Shown here in pieces: positions 50,205-61,290 of a DNA stretch of 64,000 nt. The notes under the pieces were generated by a model. The model saw only the letters and a list, made by a program, of their open reading frames with translations, had not been told where the DNA came from and made no database searches. Position numbers and translations under genes: made by a program. The stretch is from Candidatus Tayloriibacteriota bacterium (GTDB taxonomy: Bacteria > Patescibacteriota > Minisyncoccia > Phycocordibacterales > PALSA-1337), in the NCBI GenBank assembly GCA_003151615.1, contig PLXZ01000001.1, positions 244,318 to 308,317 on the forward strand, in the 5' to 3' direction. Every line of letters begins with the position of its first letter. Position 1 is the first letter of the stretch.

Positions 50205-51425
50205 CTATTCGTATCGGAGCGCTTCAATCGGATTCAAACCGGCGGCGCGTCTCGCAGGATAATATCCGAAAATAATTCCGATGCCGGCAGAAACACAAAA
50301 AGCGAGGATGATGGAACTTGATGTGATGTTGGTGGTGATTCCGGCGAAGGTTGTCGTCAGGTATGACGCCGTGACGCCGAGTATTACGCCTATTATTCCG
50401 CCGATGAATGTCAGCGACACCGCTTCAACCAAAAATTGCGTGCTGATGTCGCTTTTTTTTGCGCCGATTGCCTTGCGTAATCCGATTTCGCGCGTGCGTT
50501 CAGTGACGGTCGTGAGCATCATATTCATAATGCCGATTCCGCCGACCAAAAGAGAAATGCCGGCGACCGCGGCGAGTAAAACAGTGAACGTCGAGGAAAC
50601 GCTCGTGGCCGTAGCGGCGATGTCGGTTTGATTTACGGTGCTGAAATCAGCCGACGCAGGATTGCTTATGCCGTGCCGCGACAATAGAAGCGTTGTAATT
50701 TCCGCCTGCACGTTTGCCATGTCCGCGGTCGTGTCCGCTTCGACGCTGATCGTTGATGCATATTTATTTCCGGTAAAAAGCTGTTGCGCCGTCGTTATCG
50801 GTATGAAAATTTGATCGTCCTGATTGCTGAAGCCCGAGCCGCCCTTCGCCACGGAAACCCCGATGATGGTGAAATCATTTCCGCCGATATTGATTTGTTG
50901 GCCGACCGGTTCCGTTCCCGTTGCGAAAAGATCCGATTCAACCGTAGGGCCGATGATTGCAACTTGCGCGAGCGAAGAGACCTGGCTCGCCGTAAAATAC
51001 GACCCGTCGCCAATCTGCAGATTTCGCACCGCCGGATATTGTTCACTCGTGCCGATCACCGTCGTGCGGGTGTTCATTCCCTGGTATACGACCTGTTTTG
51101 AAGTTTGAACTTCCGGATCAACGGCGACAACGCCCTGCAATTGACCGACAGCCGTAGCGTCGTCATCCGTTAGCGTCTGTGCGGTACCTCTTCCAACGGA
51201 GACAATCGAACCCGGCGTCTGCGTCGCGCCCGGCATTACCAAAATCAAATTCGAGCCGATCGATTGTATGCTGTTTTGAATGGAACTCTGCGAGCCTTCG
51301 CCGATGGCGGTTAGGGCAATGACCGAGCCGATGCCAATGACGATGCCGAGCATGGTCAAGCCGGAGCGGACCTTGTTTGCCAGCAGAGCCGAAGATGTTT
51401 CGTGGTAAATGTCTGATATTGTCAT
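50205..51425 (-). CDS. ABC permease (MacB-like)
   Basis: GIMNMMLTTVTERTREIG and PIEALRYE motifs. Confidence 0.95.
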   Translation of the reverse strand: MTISDIYHETSSALLANKVRSGLTMLGIVIGIGSVIALTAIGEGSQSSIQNSIQSIGSNLILVMPGATQTPGSIVSVGRGTAQTLTDDDATAVGQLQGVVAVDPEVQTSKQVVYQGMNTRTTVIGTSEQYPAVRNLQIGDGSYFTASQVSSLAQVAIIGPTVESDLFATGTEPVGQQINIGGNDFTIIGVSVAKGGSGFSNQDDQIFIPITTAQQLFTGNKYASTISVEADTTADMANVQAEITTLLLSRHGISNPASADFSTVNQTDIAATATSVSSTFTVLLAAVAGISLLVGGIGIMNMMLTTVTERTREIGLRKAIGAKKSDISTQFLVEAVSLTFIGGIIGVILGVTASYLTTTFAGITTNITSSSIILAFCVSAGIGIIFGYYPARRAAGLNPIEALRYE

Positions 51426-51440
51426 ATTTTTTATAATGGG

Positions 51441-52196
51441 CTAAATCGGGTCGGCGACGTCCGTCCGCGCCTTCGTCGGATGCGGATTTATTTTATCCTC
51501 GACAATTTTTCCGTCGCGGATATGGATGATGCGGTTGGCGTGCATGGCAATATCCGGTTCGTGAGTAATCAAAACGATCGTGCTGCCTTTTTCCTTGTTG
51601 AGCCGTTGAAACGTGCCGAGGACGATTTCGCCGGTCCGAGTGTCGAGATTTCCCGTCGGCTCGTCGGCCAAAATGAGCGATGGGTCATTGACGAGCGCGC
51701 GGGCAATGGCAACGCGCTGGATCTGGCCTCCGGAAAGTTGATTCGACAAATGAAGAAAGTGGCTTTCGTCCAAGCCGGCGCTTTTGAGAGCGGATTTTGC
51801 CCTAACGTCACGCAGTTCGGGCTTCACTCCGGCGTACATGAGAGGCAGGCTGACGTTTCGCAATACCGTCGTGCGGGGAAGAAGGTTAAATGATTGGAAC
51901 ACGAAGCCGATATGATTGCGGCGAATTTCAGCGAGTTCCTCATCGGAAAGAGACGATACATCCTTGCCGTCGAGATGATATGTTCCCGACGTCGGCGTAT
52001 CGAGCGCACCCAAAATATGCATGAGTGTCGATTTTCCGGAACCCGACGGCCCCATAATCGCCACAAATTCGCCGTCTTTTATGGTGAAGCTGATGCCGTC
52101 GACGGCTTTCACTTTTTCTATGCCGGCATTTCCGTATACCTTTGTAATGTTTTTTACTTCAATCATTGTTAATTTTTGGACTTGGCGTTTTTGCAT
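51441..52196 (-). CDS. ABC ATP-binding protein
   Basis: [14 protein letters not shown] and ADEPTGNLD motifs. Confidence 0.95.
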   Translation of the reverse strand: MQKRQVQKLTMIEVKNITKVYGNAGIEKVKAVDGISFTIKDGEFVAIMGPSGSGKSTLMHILGALDTPTSGTYHLDGKDVSSLSDEELAEIRRNHIGFVFQSFNLLPRTTVLRNVSLPLMYAGVKPELRDVRAKSALKSAGLDESHFLHLSNQLSGGQIQRVAIARALVNDPSLILADEPTGNLDTRTGEIVLGTFQRLNKEKGSTIVLITHEPDIAMHANRIIHIRDGKIVEDKINPHPTKARTDVADPI

Positions 52197-54052
52197 TAAC
52201 CGCCCCTGCCGCCGCCCGCGAATCCACCTCCGCCGCCGCTGACACGGGCTCCGCCTGCTCCTCCAAGACCGCTCAGTATACTCGTTGAAGTTGTTGTTTT
52301 TGCGGCGGTTGCCGTACCGGCAACGGTTTGCGTCACAACGAGATCGCCGGGATTCAAACCGCTGATAATCTGGGTGTTCGTATTGTCGCTCAGTCCGATC
52401 TGCACGATTCTATTCACAACCGAAGTCACCGTGCCGCTGATTGACGTTGAAATTCCCGCACCGGTGCGCGTGCGTGTCGAACTTCCGAACGCATAAGGAT
52501 ATGTTCCGGACGCAATTGTTGTCGATGCGGTTGTACTGCCAAATCCACCACCATAGTTTCCGCGAACGCGCGTTCCGGCACCTGCGCCAGCTGCCGGAGT
52601 GCTCGTCGCTACAGGCCCTGCGGGAATCTGAACATACGAAACGCCGTTCACCGTTTTCACGGCGCTGTTCGGCACAACGAGAACGCTGTTTGCTTCGGCC
52701 GTAATGATGTTTGCGTTGATGCTCATGCCGGCCTTGATGCTCGGATTGTCGTTGCCGAACGAGACGACGACATTGTAGCTGACGACGCCCTGGCTGACGG
52801 TACCCACGACATCTACATCAGTAACCGTACCCGTCGCCGTGACATTCGGAAGGGCATTGAAGGTAATGTTGACCGGATTTCCGACTGAAACTTTCGCTAC
52901 GTTTACTTCGTTCAGAACTATCGTCGATTGATACTGTTTCGTAACGATCGTTCCGATTGGAGTCGAAGGCCCTGCGCTGTCGCCCGGCTGCAAAGTGACA
53001 TTTCCGATGACTCCGTCAAAAGGTGCGGTAATAGTGTAATCGTTATAGGTTGTCTGCGCCTCCTGAAGGGCCAGTTCCGCCGATTGCAATGCGAGGGGAT
53101 TATTCGTACCCTGATCCGCCGTAAAATTCGACTGTGCTTGAATAATTGACTGCGCCGAGCTTTGGATGCTTGTTTGTGCTGACGCGAGACTGGAATTATC
53201 CTGATTGGCGGTTGAAAGCCACGAAGCAACATTATTTTGATCGGTTGTCATGGTATTGGTGCGGCTCGTCGAAGGAGTCTGGTTGATCACATAATTGAGT
53301 GCAAGCGACGTGTTTTTCACCGCAGTCGCGAGATCCTGCGCTATCGTCAATTCCTGCGAAAGGGTGGCGGATATGCCGGTCGTCGAAGCAAGGTTTGTCG
53401 CCAGGTATTCCTGTTGGAAAGCATTGTATTCATTTGTCACTTTGTCGACTGACAACCCGGCTGTCTGCTTATATCCGGTTGCCGTTGAACCGTAACTCCC
53501 CACGGCGGTATCGGTAAAGTAAGAAGAGGTATTTTTTCCGTAAAAAAGATTGTTGAGTCCCGTGACGACCGTATTCATATCATTGTATGCCGATGAAAGG
53601 GTGTTGAAAGCGCTCTGGTACGCCTGCGTCTGCGAAGTTTGCGCATTCGTCAGGGTATTTTGGTCTCCCGTCAATGAAATCGGATTTGAAGTCTGAAGCT
53701 TTTCGAGGGAGATTTTCGTATTTTCAAGACTGTAATATGCATTGGTGCTGTCGAGGGTCGCGAGTACTTGTCCCTTCGTAACCGTATCGCCGTTTTTTAC
53801 ATTGACGGTGAGAACTGTGCCGCTGACCTGCGGGTCGATTGCGAGTTCCTGGGAACTGGAAACCTGTCCGGTGCCCGATACGGTAGTTGCCACGGTCCCT
53901 ATTGTTGCGGGCTTTACCGTATATGTGGTGGCTGTGGCGATATGCGTCGAATGATAATACCAAAAGCCGCCGACAATTACGATTACGGCGACGATTACTG
54001 TCTTTTTATATTTTTTTACGAAATCAAAAATAGCTGTTGTTGTCTTTTTCAT
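52196..54052 (-). CDS. efflux periplasmic adaptor (MacA-like)
   Basis: APFDGVI and GMSINANI motifs; Gly-rich tail. Confidence 0.85.
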   Translation of the reverse strand: MKKTTTAIFDFVKKYKKTVIVAVIVIVGGFWYYHSTHIATATTYTVKPATIGTVATTVSGTGQVSSSQELAIDPQVSGTVLTVNVKNGDTVTKGQVLATLDSTNAYYSLENTKISLEKLQTSNPISLTGDQNTLTNAQTSQTQAYQSAFNTLSSAYNDMNTVVTGLNNLFYGKNTSSYFTDTAVGSYGSTATGYKQTAGLSVDKVTNEYNAFQQEYLATNLASTTGISATLSQELTIAQDLATAVKNTSLALNYVINQTPSTSRTNTMTTDQNNVASWLSTANQDNSSLASAQTSIQSSAQSIIQAQSNFTADQGTNNPLALQSAELALQEAQTTYNDYTITAPFDGVIGNVTLQPGDSAGPSTPIGTIVTKQYQSTIVLNEVNVAKVSVGNPVNITFNALPNVTATGTVTDVDVVGTVSQGVVSYNVVVSFGNDNPSIKAGMSINANIITAEANSVLVVPNSAVKTVNGVSYVQIPAGPVATSTPAAGAGAGTRVRGNYGGGFGSTTASTTIASGTYPYAFGSSTRTRTGAGISTSISGTVTSVVNRIVQIGLSDNTNTQIISGLNPGDLVVTQTVAGTATAAKTTTSTSILSGLGGAGGARVSGGGGGFAGGGRGG

Positions 54053-54211
54053 TTTTTAGTGTTTTTTTACCGCCTCAGTATACTACAGTTCATTAGGGCC
54101 TTTTATTTCCAAGCGGTTATTGCTTTTGATTTGACAAAAGACCGCTTTCTGTTATTGTGTGTTTCGGGCAAAAAACAGCAACAAACCAAAACAGCACCTT
54201 GAATTTTGTCT

Positions 54212-54805
54212 ATGAAAACGAAAATATTCGAACTGGTGACTTCAAACCGTCACCCGTTGTCAATCGGATTGGCCTGCATTGCGTGCATATCGGTCTTTCT
54301 TGCCGCCGTAATATATGAAGCGTGCCGCCGCCTTTCTCAACGAAAAAAATATGAACGGATTTGCTATCACTGCCATGTCGGCAAGCTTGACCGCAGACAC
54401 GTCAGGGTGAAATTGTCTCCCGATCTGACGGGGAATTTTCTGACGCGGCTTCTGTCGCGCATGGATTATCTCTGCCAGACGCAGGCGACGTGCCTCAATC
54501 CCGAATGTTCGCACAAATGCATTGCGGACAACAAGCTTCTTGGCGTCAAAAAAGGCGACAACATGCCTTTTGCGGAAAAAAGCGAAGTGAAGCAGTGGGG
54601 TTTCAGAAGCCGTCTTACCAGGTTCAAGCAATTGCGCCATACGGTAAAGGCGGAACAGCTTATTTCCAACAGTTATGTTGACAAGGTTCTGAAGGAGCGC
54701 GGCATAAAGCCGAAAGTCCCAAAGGCAGGGCTTACTTTCAGAAAGCAGATTGTCTTGGATCATAAAGCCGAGGAGCCCTTTCACGAGGTGAGTCCGAAAA
54801 AATAA
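54212..54805 (+). CDS. hypothetical membrane-anchored Cys-containing protein
   Basis: TM, CYHC and CLNPEC; TTGACA upstream, hairpin downstream. Confidence 0.6.
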   Translation: MKTKIFELVTSNRHPLSIGLACIACISVFLAAVIYEACRRLSQRKKYERICYHCHVGKLDRRHVRVKLSPDLTGNFLTRLLSRMDYLCQTQATCLNPECSHKCIADNKLLGVKKGDNMPFAEKSEVKQWGFRSRLTRFKQLRHTVKAEQLISNSYVDKVLKERGIKPKVPKAGLTFRKQIVLDHKAEEPFHEVSPKK

Positions 54806-54884
54806 CTGTCATCAAACCAGTTTCAAGCCGTCTCGCAATGAGGCGGCTCTTTCTTTTCCATACCATAATAGTATACTAAATCAA

Positions 54885-56804
54885 ATGCCTCCCCAAAACA
54901 ACAAACAGCACGGCAGAAAACAATCCCCAAAAAATAGCCGTCCGCCGGCGCGCTGGAGCTTCATGACCATGCTGGGCTTCGCTTTTTTGGCGTTGCTGGT
55001 GGTGACCAGCGCGTATTCGTATTTTGTCAGCGGTCCGACAAATGTCGCCAAAATTTCACTAACCGAACTCGCGTCCGATGTTGCCTCGGGAACCGTGGCT
55101 TCAATCGATCAAAATAACAGCGATCTGAGCGCTCAATATAAAAACGGGGAAGTAAAAACGACCGAGGCTGAACCCAATTCTTCTTTGACCGACAGTCTCG
55201 TTCATTACGGCGTGACGCCGGCGGAATTGGCGACGGTGAAGATTACGGTTGAAAGCCCGAGTGGCTTTTGGTTCTGGTTCGAACAGTTTTCGCCGTTCCT
55301 CGGTTCGATTCTCTTTTTGATTTTGCTTGTCTGGTTTTTCACGCGGCAGATGCGCGGGGCGGGAGTTCAAGCTCTTTCTTTCGGCCAATCAAAAGCGCGC
55401 GTAACCATGCCCGACGATACGAAACAGAAAGTCACATTTAAAGACGTTGCGGGCGCCAAGGAAGCAAAGCAGGAGCTGGCCGAGATTGTCGATTTTCTAC
55501 GAAATCCGAAAAAGTTTTTGGATATCGGTGCGGCTATTCCAAAAGGCATCCTGCTCATGGGTCCGGCGGGAACCGGTAAAACATTGCTCGCGCGCGCGGT
55601 GGCGGGGGAGGCCGGCGTCGCGTTTTTCTCGGTTTCCGGATCGGAGTTTGTTGAAATGTTTGTCGGTGTCGGCGCATCGCGCGTCCGAGACCTTTTCAAA
55701 ATGGCAAAGCAGACCGCGCCCGCGATTATTTTCGTCGACGAGATCGACGCCGTCGGACGCGTGCGCGGAACCGGCGTCGGGGGAGGCAATGACGAGCGCG
55801 AACAGACCTTGAACCAGATTCTCGTCGAGATGGACGGCTTCGAGCCGACGGAAAAAGTCATCGTCATGGCCGCGACGAACCGTCCCGATGTTTTGGATCC
55901 GGCACTGCTTCGTCCTGGCCGTTTCGACCGTCGCGTTACCATCGATTTGCCCGACCGCGCCGACCGCGAGGAAATTTTGAAAATACATGCCAAGAAAAAG
56001 CCGTTCGCAGAGGATGTCGATTTAACAGTCATTGCGGAGCGCACGCCCGGTTTTTCAGGCGCCGATCTTTATTCGCTCATGAACGAAGGCGCGATTTTGG
56101 CCGCACGCGAAAATCGCAACAAAGTCGCGCAGTTTGATTTGATACGATCGATTGAAAAAGTCATGCTCGGCCCTGAACGCAAGAGCCATATTTTGAGTAA
56201 AAAAGAAAAAGAGATTACCGCATATCATGAAGCCGGTCATGCACTTATTTCATCGGTTTTGCCGCACGCCGATCCGGTTCATAAAATTTCAATCATTTCG
56301 CGCGGCCGGGCGGCGGGGTATACCCTGCATCTTCCGCTCGAAGATCGCCGATTGCAAAGCAAGAAGCAGTTTCTTGATGATATTGCCGTTTCGCTCGGCG
56401 GATATGTAGTTGAAAAAATGATGTTCGGCGACGTTACGACGGGTCCTTCAAATGATCTCCAGGTTTCGACGGCCTTGGCCCGTGACATGGTCACCAAATA
56501 CGGCATGTCCGACAAATTCGGCGCCCAGGCGTTCGAAGGCAACGAAGGCGGCCGCGCGATGTTTGGCCGAGGGCTCGACGAACACGGCGAATATTCCCAA
56601 AAAGTCAGCGCTGAAATCGACGCCGAAGTTTCCCGCATCATGGCCGAAGCTTTCGCAAAAGCCGAGGAAATCGTCACGACGCATCGTGCCGCGTTGGAAG
56701 CCATCGCAAAACGCCTTGTTGAAGTTGAGACAATCGAACGCGATGAGTATGAAAAAATCATCGTAGCGCACGGGATTCAACCGAAGAGGAAGTTGGAGAT
56801 ATAG
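54885..56804 (+). CDS. ftsH: ATP-dependent zinc metalloprotease FtsH
   Basis: [22 protein letters not shown] and HEAGH motifs. Confidence 0.98.
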   Translation: MPPQNNKQHGRKQSPKNSRPPARWSFMTMLGFAFLALLVVTSAYSYFVSGPTNVAKISLTELASDVASGTVASIDQNNSDLSAQYKNGEVKTTEAEPNSSLTDSLVHYGVTPAELATVKITVESPSGFWFWFEQFSPFLGSILFLILLVWFFTRQMRGAGVQALSFGQSKARVTMPDDTKQKVTFKDVAGAKEAKQELAEIVDFLRNPKKFLDIGAAIPKGILLMGPAGTGKTLLARAVAGEAGVAFFSVSGSEFVEMFVGVGASRVRDLFKMAKQTAPAIIFVDEIDAVGRVRGTGVGGGNDEREQTLNQILVEMDGFEPTEKVIVMAATNRPDVLDPALLRPGRFDRRVTIDLPDRADREEILKIHAKKKPFAEDVDLTVIAERTPGFSGADLYSLMNEGAILAARENRNKVAQFDLIRSIEKVMLGPERKSHILSKKEKEITAYHEAGHALISSVLPHADPVHKISIISRGRAAGYTLHLPLEDRRLQSKKQFLDDIAVSLGGYVVEKMMFGDVTTGPSNDLQVSTALARDMVTKYGMSDKFGAQAFEGNEGGRAMFGRGLDEHGEYSQKVSAEIDAEVSRIMAEAFAKAEEIVTTHRAALEAIAKRLVEVETIERDEYEKIIVAHGIQPKRKLEI

Positions 56805-56809
56805 ACATC

Positions 56810-56933
56810 TCGCATAACGGCATGCAGTATGCTTTTCTCGAAAACAGAAATTTTTTGCTAAAAATTTCTTCGGCTTCGTCGCCTTCGCGACTGCAGATGT
56901 TTCTCCAAAAGCATACTGCATGCCGTTATGCGA
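56810..56933. repeat. intergenic element with a 27-bp terminal inverted repeat
   Basis: TCGCATAACGGCATGCAGTATGCTTTT (56810-56836) and its reverse complement (56907-56933). Confidence 0.85.
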
Positions 56934-57054
56934 AAGTCTTGTTTCCGAGTATTTTATGATGAGCGCAATTGTAGAAATTACCAAAATAAAAAACCGGCAA
57001 AACAATTTCTTGTTTGCCGGTCATTGAGTTGGATGTGAATACCCTGATTATTTA

Positions 57055-57687
57055 TTAAAGCACCGTTACGAAATAGGTAAGCCATTCGGAACGAATTTTA
57101 TGGAGTTTATGATCCGGGGTTACCATTTGATGCTGCAGAATCTTGAAACCGTTTGATTCGAGGATTTCTGAAAATTCGCCATCTTGATAAAAAGCAAAAA
57201 ACCGCTCGTCATCCTCGGATTGGCCGCGCACCATTCTTTCACCGTCCCCTTTTTTGAGAGCGATGAAACCCGTTCCACCCGGTTTCACCACTTTTTTGAT
57301 CTGGTTGAGCACCGTCCGCACATTCTTTTTGGGAATATGGAGGAGGGAAGCCGCCGCCCAAAATCCGTCGAAAATTCCGGGAGGAAATTCGAGGTCATAC
57401 ATATTCATTTTTAGGAGATGGATTCTGGGGACTAGTTCACGCGCCGCCGCAAGCATTTCATCCGACAGGTCAATGCCGACGTAGTTGAAGAAACGGCTGT
57501 TTGCGAACATCAATGCGTCCCGTCCGGCCCCGCAGCCGATGTCAATTATCTGCCCCCCCTGAGGAAGCAGTTTCTTGAAGACGTCGAATTCAGGCTTCCA
57601 AAAGTTCGGGTCTGCATGAGTTTTGTTTCGCCGTCCGGCGATTTTCTTGTAGGATTCAAGCGTTTTTGTTTCTTCGAGTGTAAGCAT
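57055..57687 (-). CDS. class I SAM-dependent methyltransferase
   Basis: IDIGCGAGRD and FDGFWAAASLLH motifs. Confidence 0.9.
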   Translation of the reverse strand: MLTLEETKTLESYKKIAGRRNKTHADPNFWKPEFDVFKKLLPQGGQIIDIGCGAGRDALMFANSRFFNYVGIDLSDEMLAAARELVPRIHLLKMNMYDLEFPPGIFDGFWAAASLLHIPKKNVRTVLNQIKKVVKPGGTGFIALKKGDGERMVRGQSEDDERFFAFYQDGEFSEILESNGFKILQHQMVTPDHKLHKIRSEWLTYFVTVL

Positions 57688-57884
57688 AATTTTAAAATAG
57701 CGATGATTCCTTTGTGGAATAGGGCTAAAAATACATTACTTTAAAAGTTTGATTGCGTCAATGGCACATGGTAGCCGAAAGAAGTTTTCTATACAAATTC
57801 GTGATTATATTTTATAACCGAAATTTTATCGTTTCTTTAGAAAATCTTCATTAAAATTTCATTTCGGTTTGGTAGGCTATTGGG

Positions 57885-58373
57885 ATGGATAAAAATTTTG
57901 ATTGTTGGAATGAAACAAAAAAGAAAGTAGATTTAGTCCCTCCGCCGTATTTTAAGGAACGGGATATTTGGTGGTGTATTTTTGGAGTTAATGTTGGCGT
58001 TGAAATTGACGGAAAGGGTGATTTTTACACCAGACCCGCGGTCATTATCCGGAAAATCAATAACCACGGTTGTTACGTAGTTCCCCTGACAACCCAGTCG
58101 TCGAAACATACACCGGAGTTTTCCTTATCCGTCGGCATTGTTGATGAAAAACCGGCGTATGCAAACATTACTCAGGTTAAGGCAATTTCTTCAAAAAGAC
58201 TCGAACAAAGGATAGGAACTTTAAAGAGTGATATTTTTAACTTAATTAAAAAATCTGCACGGGATTTTATATTCCCGGCAGATCTTTTAAATTCTCCCCT
58301 CATACCAGAAGGGCAGCCCGAAGGCGACATAAAAAGTATAGCCAAAAACGATTCTATGGACAACTTCTTTTAA
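57885..58373 (+). CDS. PemK/MazF-like toxin family protein
   Basis: DIWWC.FG.NVG.E.DGKG..RP and VVPLTT motifs; no antitoxin seen. Confidence 0.85.
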   Translation: MDKNFDCWNETKKKVDLVPPPYFKERDIWWCIFGVNVGVEIDGKGDFYTRPAVIIRKINNHGCYVVPLTTQSSKHTPEFSLSVGIVDEKPAYANITQVKAISSKRLEQRIGTLKSDIFNLIKKSARDFIFPADLLNSPLIPEGQPEGDIKSIAKNDSMDNFF

Positions 58374-58407
58374 TGTTATTTCTGTGTTATAAAATAGATC
58401 ATACAAT

Positions 58408-58480
58408 GCACGCGTAGCTCAGTTGGTAGAGCAGTCGACTTATACTCGATCGGTCCCTGGTTCGAGTCCAGGCGCGTGCA
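58408..58480 (+). tRNA. tRNA-Ile(UAU)
   Basis: Acceptor GCACGCG/CGCGTGC; anticodon arm GTCGA-CT TAT AC-TCGAT; T-loop TTCGAGT; CCA not encoded. Confidence 0.92.
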
Positions 58481-58578
58481 CAGCATTGTTTTCATTGACA
58501 AAATCACCCGTTGGGATAGTCTTTTCTCAGTCTTGAGTCGGGTCAGTAAACAATTGTAATGGAAGTGAGTACTGAATT

Positions 58579-59526
58579 ATGAGAACATTGAGAGCTTTAA
58601 TTGTCGGAAAGGGTGGAATCGGCCGGGAGCTGGCCAAGCAGTTGACGGCATTAGGTTGGTCGGTCGTTTTTTCCGAAGCCCGCGACCGGATGTTTGATTT
58701 TGTCAAAGAGGTCGAAAACGCTGACATTGTTTTTGTCTGCATTCCCACAAGGGACAAGGGCGAAGCGGCCTATCAATACATCACCTATGCGTTGGCGGCG
58801 GGAAAATGCGTCGTCACTGCGGAAAAAGGCGCTTTGGCATATCACTTCGAAAGCTTGCGTCCGCGTCTTCCTCGAATCGGATTCACGGCGACAGTCGGAG
58901 GCGGCAGCGAACCGTTGAGTATGTTTTCCTCTCTCGGGGCGCCGCGTCCGAAAAAAATAAACGGCTTCGTCAATGGAACTGTGAATTTTCTTTCATGGTG
59001 TCTGTCACAGGGCATGGAACCGGAGGAGGCGCTTGCGGCCGCATTTGAAAAAGGCATGCCCGAAAAGGGGGCAACGACCTTTTTTCAGGTGTTCAATGCT
59101 GAAATCGGAGACATTCTCATGAAGCTCGCCGTGCTCGTCAATGTTTCGGGAGTGTGCGGAAAATATTCCATCACTCCGGACTGTTTCAGCACATTCATGC
59201 TGTATGAAGGCGAAGTTTTGCGGCTCTTGTCCAATCCGAGATTGCGCTTCATGGTCAGCATGTCCGAACAAAGGGTCGGAATGCAAAGCTCGTGGCAGGT
59301 CTACGCCAATGTCAATGGCGTGCACATTGTCGGCGCTTTTTTGGATCCAACGGAACATTATGAAGGTAAAATTATTCCGGCCCAGGAACAAAACTCTCTT
59401 TTCGCCGAAGACTATTTGGGACGATCCCAGGAAAAGTGGGGTCCGGGTGCGGGTTTTGAACCGACGGCCGGCGTCATGGTCAAGGACGCCAAGCGGCTTA
59501 TTGCTGTTCATGGTATTAAGGAATAG
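58579..59526 (+). CDS. homoserine dehydrogenase-like protein
   Basis: GKGGIG, VVTAEKG, ATVGGG, NGTVNF and GPGAG..PTA motifs. Confidence 0.8.
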   Translation: MRTLRALIVGKGGIGRELAKQLTALGWSVVFSEARDRMFDFVKEVENADIVFVCIPTRDKGEAAYQYITYALAAGKCVVTAEKGALAYHFESLRPRLPRIGFTATVGGGSEPLSMFSSLGAPRPKKINGFVNGTVNFLSWCLSQGMEPEEALAAAFEKGMPEKGATTFFQVFNAEIGDILMKLAVLVNVSGVCGKYSITPDCFSTFMLYEGEVLRLLSNPRLRFMVSMSEQRVGMQSSWQVYANVNGVHIVGAFLDPTEHYEGKIIPAQEQNSLFAEDYLGRSQEKWGPGAGFEPTAGVMVKDAKRLIAVHGIKE

Positions 59527-59729
59527 GGTCGTCCGTGACGAAAAATTACACAATGAACCTGCTGCGTTTTGCGGCAGGTTCTTTTTTGCTCAAGTTGTCC
59601 CCATATGTTGATTTGTGGCTCGGGGGCGCTGTTGATATAATAATGAACGAAGTTGCCACTTGTTTACATGGAGTTGTCCTTTGCTTTTGGCGTACATACA
59701 TTATTAGAAAAAAATAACAATACATTTAT

Positions 59730-59909
59730 ATGTTTGGACTTGGAACAAAAGAAATCATCATAATTGCCGTCATCATCGTGCTTCTTTTTGGCGCGAAAAA
59801 GGTGCCGGAACTTGCGAAAGGAATCGGCCAGGCTGTTCGTCATATCCGCGGAGGATTCAAAGACGAGACGGAAGCCGGCCAGAATGATTCGAGCGACAAG
59901 AAAAACTAG
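59730..59909 (+). CDS. tatA: twin-arginine translocase TatA/E (not in ORF track)
   Basis: MFGLGTKEIIIIAVIIVLLFGAKKVPELAKGIGQAVRHIR. Confidence 0.92.
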   Translation: MFGLGTKEIIIIAVIIVLLFGAKKVPELAKGIGQAVRHIRGGFKDETEAGQNDSSDKKN

Positions 59910-59947
59910 TCAGAGCGAAGTTTTCAGCCCTGATTAAGTAGATTCGT

Positions 59948-60754
59948 TTGAGACGGAAGAAAAAAAGCATATTTTTAAAACATAAAGTGATAGCATCAAA
60001 GTACTCTTTCAGATTAGTCTCTCCCGAAAAAAGGAAAGCGCAGTATTCGCATCTTGATGTACCACCTCGATCTGCCCGAAACCAAGAGTCTGCGACTTCT
60101 ACGGAGAGTGACAGCAAAAAAAGATCATTCCTCAAACTAGCAGGAGTGGTGGGTGTTGGTGCTGCCGCTACTATGCTTATTCCAAAAAAGGCCGAAGCGC
60201 TCGTTTTTGGCAGTTCGCCTACGGCGACTTCTATGGGCGTCAAGAACGCTTCCGGTACCAGGATAAATCCGGCAACCGAAGATACGCTCGCTTTGGTGCA
60301 AGGAAACACTTCCGATATCGATACAAATATCGGGACGGTGAACACAAATATCGCAACCGTCAATTCGAATATCTCGAGCATCGCCGCGAACACGGCGAAC
60401 ATTCCCGCAAAAGGCCAGACGACAATGGTCAACTCAATGCCGGTCACCATCGCGAGCGATCAGCCGGCTTTGCCTATTTCCGGCACGATGACCTTCGACG
60501 CGACGTCGAAAATGACCGTCGATTCCGCCGACAGCCTGTTCTATCTGCGAAAGATAGTAAAGCAGCTGGAACCATTGACCACAGTGGATAGCTCCAATAG
60601 ACAAAAAGTTTATATCGACGGCTCGGCAACTTTGACATTCACATTGGCTACGACTGCGGTCACTACTATTGCCGGCCAAGGCGACCAGATGTTCCAGGAT
60701 GTCGCACGAAACACCTATGCGAACGGCATACGGAATAACCTGGCATTTTCATAA
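59948..60754 (+). CDS. protein with a Tat-like signal peptide (start uncertain)
   Basis: SKKRSFLKLAGVVGVGAAATMLIPKKAEA; INPATE; paralog downstream. Confidence 0.7.
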   Translation: MRRKKKSIFLKHKVIASKYSFRLVSPEKRKAQYSHLDVPPRSARNQESATSTESDSKKRSFLKLAGVVGVGAAATMLIPKKAEALVFGSSPTATSMGVKNASGTRINPATEDTLALVQGNTSDIDTNIGTVNTNIATVNSNISSIAANTANIPAKGQTTMVNSMPVTIASDQPALPISGTMTFDATSKMTVDSADSLFYLRKIVKQLEPLTTVDSSNRQKVYIDGSATLTFTLATTAVTTIAGQGDQMFQDVARNTYANGIRNNLAFS

Positions 60755-60760
60755 AAATCA

Positions 60761-61285
60761 ATGAGCCTCAATTTTTTTAAAAATCTAAATAATGCAAAGA
60801 TAAATCCAGCGACGCAGGAGACGTTGGCGCAGGTTCATAGCAATACCGCGGACATCGACACAAAGACCGCGACTCTTGCCACGAATACGGCGACTTTTGC
60901 GACAGGTACGACGACTCTCGCGGCAAATGCGGCGAATATACCTGTAAAACACAATACGACGGTGCTTAACTCGATGCCGGTCACCGTTGCCAACAATCAG
61001 ACGGTCTCGGTTTTCGGAAAAATGAAGTTCGATACTTCGACGACACTGATCGCCAACGCCGCCGATCCGCTCTTTTATCTGCGGAAGATCGTAAAACAAT
61101 TGGAGTCAAAGGCTACTATGGATTCCGCGAAAAGACAGCGGGTATATGCCGATGGAATTTCAAATTCCGCTATACAGTTAAGTACTGGCCTTAGCCCTAT
61201 CGCCGGATATGATCAGAAAATGTATCAGTATTCATCCAGGAACGCGTTTGCGAGGGGTATCAGAAAGGGATTGAAATTTAGTTAA
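60761..61285 (+). CDS. paralog of the upstream protein lacking the signal
   Basis: Shared INPAT.ETLA, NSMPVT.A, LFYLRKIVKQLE and RN..A.GIR..L.FS. Confidence 0.8.
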   Translation: MSLNFFKNLNNAKINPATQETLAQVHSNTADIDTKTATLATNTATFATGTTTLAANAANIPVKHNTTVLNSMPVTVANNQTVSVFGKMKFDTSTTLIANAADPLFYLRKIVKQLESKATMDSAKRQRVYADGISNSAIQLSTGLSPIAGYDQKMYQYSSRNAFARGIRKGLKFS

Positions 61286-61290
61286 AAACC

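Noticed and set aside
55367-56044. Long antisense ORFs over ftsH, the MFS and ABC genes
   Set aside because: These are shadow frames of well-supported genes on the opposite strand.
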